Both the position numbers and the translations under genes were made by a program. DNA of 64,000 nucleotides from the human T2T-CHM13v2.0 reference genome, Homo sapiens: assembly GCF_009914755.1 (NCBI RefSeq), contig NC_060941.1; one strand, 5' to 3'. Each line of letters starts with the position of its first letter. The stretch's first letter is position 1. Positions 57,501 through 64,000 of this stretch are shown here, piece by piece. Below the pieces are notes generated by a model, which searched no databases, was not told the DNA's origin, and saw nothing but the letters and a program-made list of their open reading frames with translations.

Positions 57501-59492
57501 GAAGCACTGTGACAGGAGAAGAGGCTCGCGCCTCGCGGATGGGCACTGGCTGGGCCGACTGGCGCTGCGCTCCGGGCAGTCAGGCTGCGTCCCCTTTAAT
57601 TAACGCCACCACTGCACGGCGGCAGCGAGGCTCCTGCTGCAGCGGCGGCGGCGGCTGGATCCAGGGTCCAGTTTGGGGCGGCATGGCAGAGGGGGCCACG
57701 AGTGTCCTGTCCCAGGGCCAAACCCCCAGAAGTCCTGTCCTCAGGAGCTCCTTGAGCCGACTTCCACCCAGGGAGAGGGAGCTTCAGGACGCCTGCTGTG
57801 TTCTGTGGACTCCCTTTCAGATCCGATTTTGGCCCCCTCTGAGTGAGATAGGGTGGGCTCACCACATCTCGTGAGGCAGGCAGGACCTCGCTGCAGCACA
57901 GAATGATCCCATACGTCTCAAGGCATAGTGTCCGCTGAAAATTCACTGATCCATCAGCCCTCTGCTTCCCTCCTCCTTTGAAAGAGCCATGGCCTGTCCC
58001 GCTTCTAAAAGCCCTGGGGCTCTGGAAGGCCGACTGCGCTTTACAGGACACGTGCAAACAGGAAGAGGGGCGAATCCGAGGTGGAGACCATGTGACCACG
58101 CGTGGCACCGGCGTATCTCAGAGCAGATGTTGTGAATGTGTGTCACCCGAGGCATACGGGGCGACGGCAAAAGAAACGGTGGTGTCCAGGCGTGGTCCGG
58201 TGGAAGGGTGGTACGAGTGACCTTTCCATCCATATCAAGGATAATCAAAGAACACCTGGGACCCGTGGGGTTGGGGGCCTGTGCCTGACCCAAGACACGT
58301 TTTCAAATGCCTACCAGAGGAGCAAAGAGGTTCTTCTGTCCACCAGATCCACCCTCGGGTGAGAGAGCAGCCCAGGGACACGCAGGCCAACCTCTCCTCG
58401 TGATCACGTCGACACGACTTTTGGGAAGATTCTCGCCAGCACCGTCTGGGCAGGCCTGAGGTTGGGATCCCGTGCTGCTTCCCCTGGACTCCGCCTGGGG
58501 TTTCCTCCTCCTGGTCGGCCCTTTGCGACTCGCGGCATCCGGAGACATTGACGTCGACCCGGTGGAGAGGTCAGGCCGGAGCCTTAGAGCCCCGACACCC
58601 AAGCAGTGCCACGGAGGGCTCCTGCTGTGCCAAGCCTCAGGGACTGGTTTCTAAGACAAGCGTGGGAAGCACTGTGACAGGAGAAGCGCTCGTGCCTCGC
58701 GGATGCCCATTGGCTGGGCCGACTGGCGCTGCGCTCCGGGCAGTCAGGCTGCGTCCCCTTTAATTAACGCCACCGCTGCGCGGCGGCAGTGAGTCTCCTG
58801 TTGCAGCCGCGGCGGCGGCTGGATCCAGGGTCCAGTTTGGGGCGGCATGGCAGAGGGGGCCGCGAGTGTCCTGTCCCAGGGCCAAACCCCCAGAAATCCT
58901 GTCCTCAGGAGCTCCTTGAGCCGACTTCCACCCAGGGAGAGGGAGCTTCAGGACGCCTGCTGTGTTCTGCAGACTCCCTTTCAGATCCGATTTTCGCCCC
59001 CTCCGAGTGAGATAGGGTGGGCTCATCACATCTGGTGAGGCAGGCACGACCTCGCTGCACCACAGAATGATCCCATACGTCTCAAGGCATAGTGTCCGCT
59101 GAAAATTCACTGATCCATCAGCCCTCTGCTTCCCTCCTCCTTTGAAAGAGCCTTGACCTGTCCCGCTTCTAAAAGCCCTGGGGCTCCGGAAGGCCGACTG
59201 GGCTTTACAGGACATGTGCAAACAGGAAGAGGGGCGAATCGGAGGTGGAGACCATGTGACCATGCGTGGTACTGGTGTATCTCACAGCAGATGGTGTGAA
59301 TGTGTGTCACCGGAGGCATGTGGGGCGACTGTGAAACAAACGGTGGTGTCCAGGCATGTGCTGTTGCAAGGGGGTACGAGTGACATTTCCATCAATGCCA
59401 AGGAAAATCAAAGAACACCTGCGACCCGGGGTTTGGTGGGGCCTGTGCCTGACCCAAGCCACGTTTTCAAATGCCTGCCAGAGGAGCAAAGA
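51344..59492 (+). repeat. Seven tandem ~1165-bp units
   Basis: Anchor GGTTC at 51344, 52509, 53670, 54835, 55999, 57164, 58329; next boundary at 59493 (periods 1165, 1161, 1165, 1164, 1165, 1165, 1164). Confidence 0.97.
51715..51783 (+). promoter_or_regulatory. Promoter-like cassette: NRF1 palindrome, inverted CCAAT, TATA-like box
   Basis: GCGCATGCGC 51715-51724, ATTGG 51725-51729, TTTAAATAA 51775-51783; repeated with variation in every unit. Confidence 0.55.
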
Positions 59493-62400
59493 GGTTTCTG
59501 CAAAATTCATCCCACCCCTATCCTCCACCGCCCTTGTCGCCCTGATGCAACTTCCCCTGCACCCAGCTCCAACCCCAGCCCAAGCCCTAGTCGAGTCCCT
59601 TTGGTTCCCTGACATTGGTTTCAGCCAGAAGTTCAAGGGAGTCAATCCACCCAGGAGGAGAGGAGAGGATGTCCCTGAAGAATGAGACAGGAAGTGCAGA
59701 GGAAATGCGTCACCACCTGTCCTATAAGACAAGGCCGGTCACAGTTTCCTAGTGCTCATACTAGGCAATCCACCCACCCATGAGGGGAAACTTGGAGAAG
59801 AAGGAAGCTTCCCTGTCTGAGACAAGTGTGGAAGCCAAGAGCTCCAGGGTCATGAGACGTGCCCAATCAAGCAGAAACACATTTGGAGAGAGAAACAATC
59901 ATGAGACGGATCTCCAGGAAGTGTCTCCCTGACGGACTGGGAAGTCATCTTTATTGAAGACATTTGGCCAGAGTGAGAGGCATCCAGGCCCCTGAGAAAC
60001 AGGGGAGGCAGAGCAAGAGGGAGGACAGAGCAGAGGCCAGAGCCCACGCAGGATACAGCATCGTGCCACTGCCACAGGCATAAGGGGCGGTGAATTTCTA
60101 TCCCAGCTTTGCCATGGACTGGCTGCATTTCCCTAGGCACGGCACTCATCCTAACTGATCCCCAGTTTCTTGCCTCTATCAAAAGAAACTAATGTGAATG
60201 GAAATGGCATGTGTCACAGTGATGAGTGTTCCTGATGCACAGCAGTTGCGCACTTCCAGTTTACTGGGGTTGGAAAGCGTGTGTGGCAGTAAGAGGTCCG
60301 TGCAAGGCGGTATGGGGTCAGAACAGCCTCTGTGGGGCCCCGCTCGCTACCGTCTAGCTATGGAGAGCCTGAGTCTCCTCACTCTGAAATCAGGCCATGT
60401 AGAGCCACCTGCTACCTAGTACTAGAGGGAGTGCAGGAAAAAGTGCAGCCAGTGCTTCCAGACCCTTCCATGTGGCCTGAAGGGCTCCCCACCCCACCTG
60501 GGTGGGCTGCACATGCAAAGGCCACCTAGGGGTGGGGAGCAAGCTCCTGGCCTCTGAGCGGCCTGCCCCCACGCTGTCCCCTCTCAGAGCTCATTTCCCT
60601 GCCCCTCCCTCCTGTCTCCTCACACCCTGCCTTGTGTCCTGGGCCGGGGACCCTGCTCCTGTTTCCAGACCTGTTGCCCCCCAGCTGGCCTCGAGTCCCT
60701 CCTCCCGGGTGGTCACACAGTCCCTCCTGTAGCCGGAATCTCCTGTGTTTCTCCGGTTTCTCCTGGAATGTCTGTCTCCCCCCATCTGTGAGGAGCCGGG
60801 CACAGGGCTGACCACCCTTTTCATGCTACACCCCGCACAGAGCCTCAAACGGGTTTGGTGCTCAGGAAAGACTTGTTTATGGAATGAACGGGGAATGAAC
60901 AAGTGGCTGGATGGGTGGGCGAGGGGCCAGGCTGCCCTGTCCTTTCCCGACAAGGCCCTGGCCCTGAGCTGGCAGGTGCTCAGCCCTTCTCCCTCTGATC
61001 CAGCGTCCTGAGCTGTTCATGTGCTAGGGATGCCTTTGACATCCTCCTTCTCAGAATAACACTTTCGAGTGCAAGAGAGAACCCATATAGGGCTACAGAG
61101 GAAAAGTGTTGCAGTACTTATCAAAACATTCTTTTAAAATGCGTGATCTAGTAATTAGCATGCTGTTGCCTACGAGTGCCTTAACTAGCAAGACCTGGTG
61201 GCAGCCGTCCTACCGACTCCATGGGAGCAGGGAGGAGAGCTGTGCAGCTCCAGCGGTCGGCATTGCTATAGGGCCTGGGGTGAGCTCAGGCTCAGTGTGT
61301 CCAGCGTACATTTCACAGAGAGGCTGAAGGCGGGGAAATTGATGATTTTTCCCCCATCAAGTTCACAAAGCGCTGGCTTCTGTCCTTGGGCTCTGTGGCA
61401 GGACCTCCGGGAACCTGCTCCACTGTCTTGGGGACTGCAAAGCCTGCCCCTGCTTTGCCCGGCCCCCTTGCCTTGCCCCCAGGGTCCTTGGGTAGCCCTC
61501 CTGGGGGTCTGGGGACCTGAGCTTTAGTTTCCCAGCCATGGTGGGGGAGAAGTGGTCAGGGTCAGCTGCATCCCCAGGCCCCCACACCTGGCTGTTGTGC
61601 ATTGTGAGTCCCCCAGCAAGGCCATAGAGCAGAGAGGATCTCCCATCACCCCCAGGCTCAGCTGGAACTCTCCTGCCGGCCTGGCAGAAAGCTGACATTT
61701 CCTGCCCTGTGGGCCAAACTCAGAGCTCAGCAGGGGTCAGAGAGTGACAGCCATGCTTTCTTCCTGCAGGGGCCACCCTGCTGTGAGCAGTTCATAAGGG
61801 AGGAAGGTGGAGATGCCCTGTTCCCAAGCTATGGGACCTCTCATTTGACAAATGGGGAAACTGAGACCCAGAGGGGACAGGGACGGGGCGGTCCCATGGT
61901 GAGCTGAAGCTGGAGTGGCCTTGGGTGGGCTGCAGTGCTGCCTGCCATCTTGTGATTCAGACTTTAAGGACTCTAGAGCACTCTTGGGGCACAGGGACAG
62001 AATCCTAGTTCCCAATCCCTTAACTTCCCCCAGGGACCTGGTTCTGTGCTGAGGCCCCTCAACGCAGTCAGACCCAGGTTCTACCCTCAGGAGACCCTTG
62101 GCCTGGTGGACTCAGAAAGACCGGCTGCACCCAGCATGGTCTGATCCAGGACAGAGGGAAGCACAAGGGGTGGGGCTTGGAAAGGGGTGTTGAAGGATGC
62201 ATAGGAGTTTGAGGGAGAATGGGGAAGAGAGGGCCTTGGGTAGTGTCTGGCATGCAGCTTCCTCTGAGCGCCATCGACGAAGAGGTGCTCCCATCTGCCC
62301 AGCGTGCTGCACGTCCTCGGCCAAGTCCCCTCCCTTTCTGAGCTGTGTGCTTCTGTCTCGCCATCCATCTGCTGTCCTTGCCTCCCTTTCCCCCACCTCC

Positions 62401-64000
62401 CTGGCACACTCACTTCAGCCCCGCTGCCCTCCCCTGGCCTCAGCCTCAAGGCCTTTGTGGCTACAGTTCCCACTTCAAGGAGTTCCCTCTTCCCTCATTC
62501 TGTTCTCACTAGCTCTCCAGATGTCACCTACTCAGGCAGTCTTCCCTGACCTCTGGAATAGTCTCCACCCATCTCTGGATTTACTCAAGTTCTTTTTTTT
62601 TCCTCAGCCTGTTTTTTTTGGTCTGTCTTGCCCCAGCAGCATGTGGGCCCCCAGGCATGATGTCAGCGCATAGTAGAGGCTGGGCAGACGCCGCTGAGCG
62701 TGTGAGTCAATGCTGAGTGTGGTTCTGGCAGCAGTGCCAGGCCGTGGTGCGCTCACAGATCTGAAGTGTAAATGGGGCCTGAGCGATAGGCTTTCTGGAA
62801 GGCCTACTCTATTTTCCTGGACTCCACATCTCTGAGGTCAGCCTTCTGCCCATGGTAGGGTGAACCCCAGAGCCCTTAGAGTCTGTCAGGCCCTCCCAGG
62901 GAAACTTCTGTACCTGAAATAAGGCCAAATTTACAAAATAAAAGAAGGAAGCTAAGAAAGCAACTGTAACGTGCTCCCCTACAGAGAGCAGACAGGTTAT
63001 GGGGGGCTGAGGCCCTAATCCTGGCTGGCCCTTTGTGAAGAAATAAATGCACCCCTCAAGCTGGGGACTTCCTTGCTGGGAGCAAGGCAGGCCTGGAGGG
63101 CTCACTGAGGGGTTGGTGGCTGGATTACAGAGGGACTGAGGCAGGACACCTGGGTGCTAGGCCCAGCTCTGGCTCAGACTGGTGACCTTGGGCATGGCTC
63201 CTCTCTGCACCTCATTTCCTCCTCTCAAAGAAGCTTGGGCCACCCCACCTGGGACTTCTGTGATGCAGCGAGCAGAAGCCAAGTACTGGGTCCTAGGGGC
63301 TCAAGAAACATGCTAGGAGTACTCACGGAGGAGCAAGGGACTTGGGGAAATCATGGAAGACTTCATGAAGGAGGCATCCTTTGAGCTTGGAGGATGCATT
63401 GCATTCTGAGAGGCAGAGAAAGGCATTTCATGGTGAGGGGCCAGCTCCGGCTGAGGCTCTGAGTTGTGGGACATTCCAGAGACATTGGAAGCCCAACCCT
63501 AGCTCTCTGCTCATTCCTACTGTGTCCTTTTTTCTTATTGATTCATAAGAACTCTTTATATATTAAGCACATGGGTCCTTTTTAAACAAACACATTATTT
63601 TTCTTTTATTTTACTTATGATTGGTTTTGACATCATACATATTTTTATGTTGGCAAATTTCCCAGCCTTTCCTTTGGTGGTCTTTCTGGTCCCAGGATGC
63701 TTCTTGTGTCCTTACCTTGGGTCCTTGCTCTCCTGTGCACATGCTGGCTGCTCAGGACGTGTCTGAGACTCCAATTAAGTTGAAGCTGGAAAATTTACAG
63801 CTGTATGAAAATCAGAAGCCAGGGTGCCTTTGCTGACCTGTGCCTCCCGCTGGGTTTCCTGCCCATCATTCCTTCTTGCCTGGAGTGGGGTCCAGCTGAG
63901 ACCCTAAAGGGGCCTGTGACTCTCTGCAGGGTGAGGCAGAGGCTCATAGCTGTGATGAAGGGAGAGGGTGGGGGGACAGGGAGTTCCCAGCTGGCCAGTC

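Larger units (their letters stand above)
46140..60089 (+). repeat. SST1/NBL2-family (FAM27-type) macrosatellite locus
   Basis: Recurrent blocks (caggcctgaggctgggat, ggagaccatgtgaccacgcgtggcac, gagcaaagaggtt) match recalled SST1/FAM27 sequence; ends abruptly at ...gcataaggggcgg. Confidence 0.85.

Noticed and set aside
55951-57874. Repeated 252-aa ORFs in satellite units
   Set aside because: Non-ATG starts; the frame is broken in other units; no domain recognised.
61455-61490. Short similarity to the BSND exon 3/4 junction (gcccggcccccttgccttgcccccaggg)
   Set aside because: Low-complexity C-rich match that does not extend on either side.
60100-64000. Possible PCSK9 or TMEM61 exons (neighbours of BSND)
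   Set aside because: No convincing translated match found by eye.

Overview
Primate (very likely human) DNA with the make-up of a pericentromeric segmental-duplication mosaic. No intact conventional protein-coding gene is present. (1) ~1-17.5 kb: AT-rich, Alu-dense unprocessed partial copy of NCOR1. It keeps the first coding exon (5522-5697) and the exon encoding the GPS2-binding coiled coil (14044-14226). The two intervening exons were not found, but the remaining exons still splice in frame into a 123-aa ORF. (2) ~18-45 kb: an older, inactivated BSND (barttin) copy, exon 1 at 19436-19620 and last exon at 38977-39368. Its interior holds two related GAT/GGT triplet arrays, a 2.4-kb ~18-19-bp minisatellite with an internal inversion, a CpG island and L1/ERVL debris. 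(3) ~46-60 kb: an SST1/NBL2-family (FAM27-type) macrosatellite. Two old degenerate monomers are followed by a ~2.5-kb monomer in which a 1161-1165-bp sub-segment has been amplified into 7 tandem copies. The copies show a dimeric higher-order pattern and each carries a promoter-like NRF1/CCAAT/TATA cassette in varying states of decay. (4) 60.1-64 kb: unassigned GC-rich sequence with possible minus-strand exons. Family assignments come from recalled sequences, not database searches. Most ORFs in the supplied track are Alu, L1, simple-repeat or satellite artefacts.
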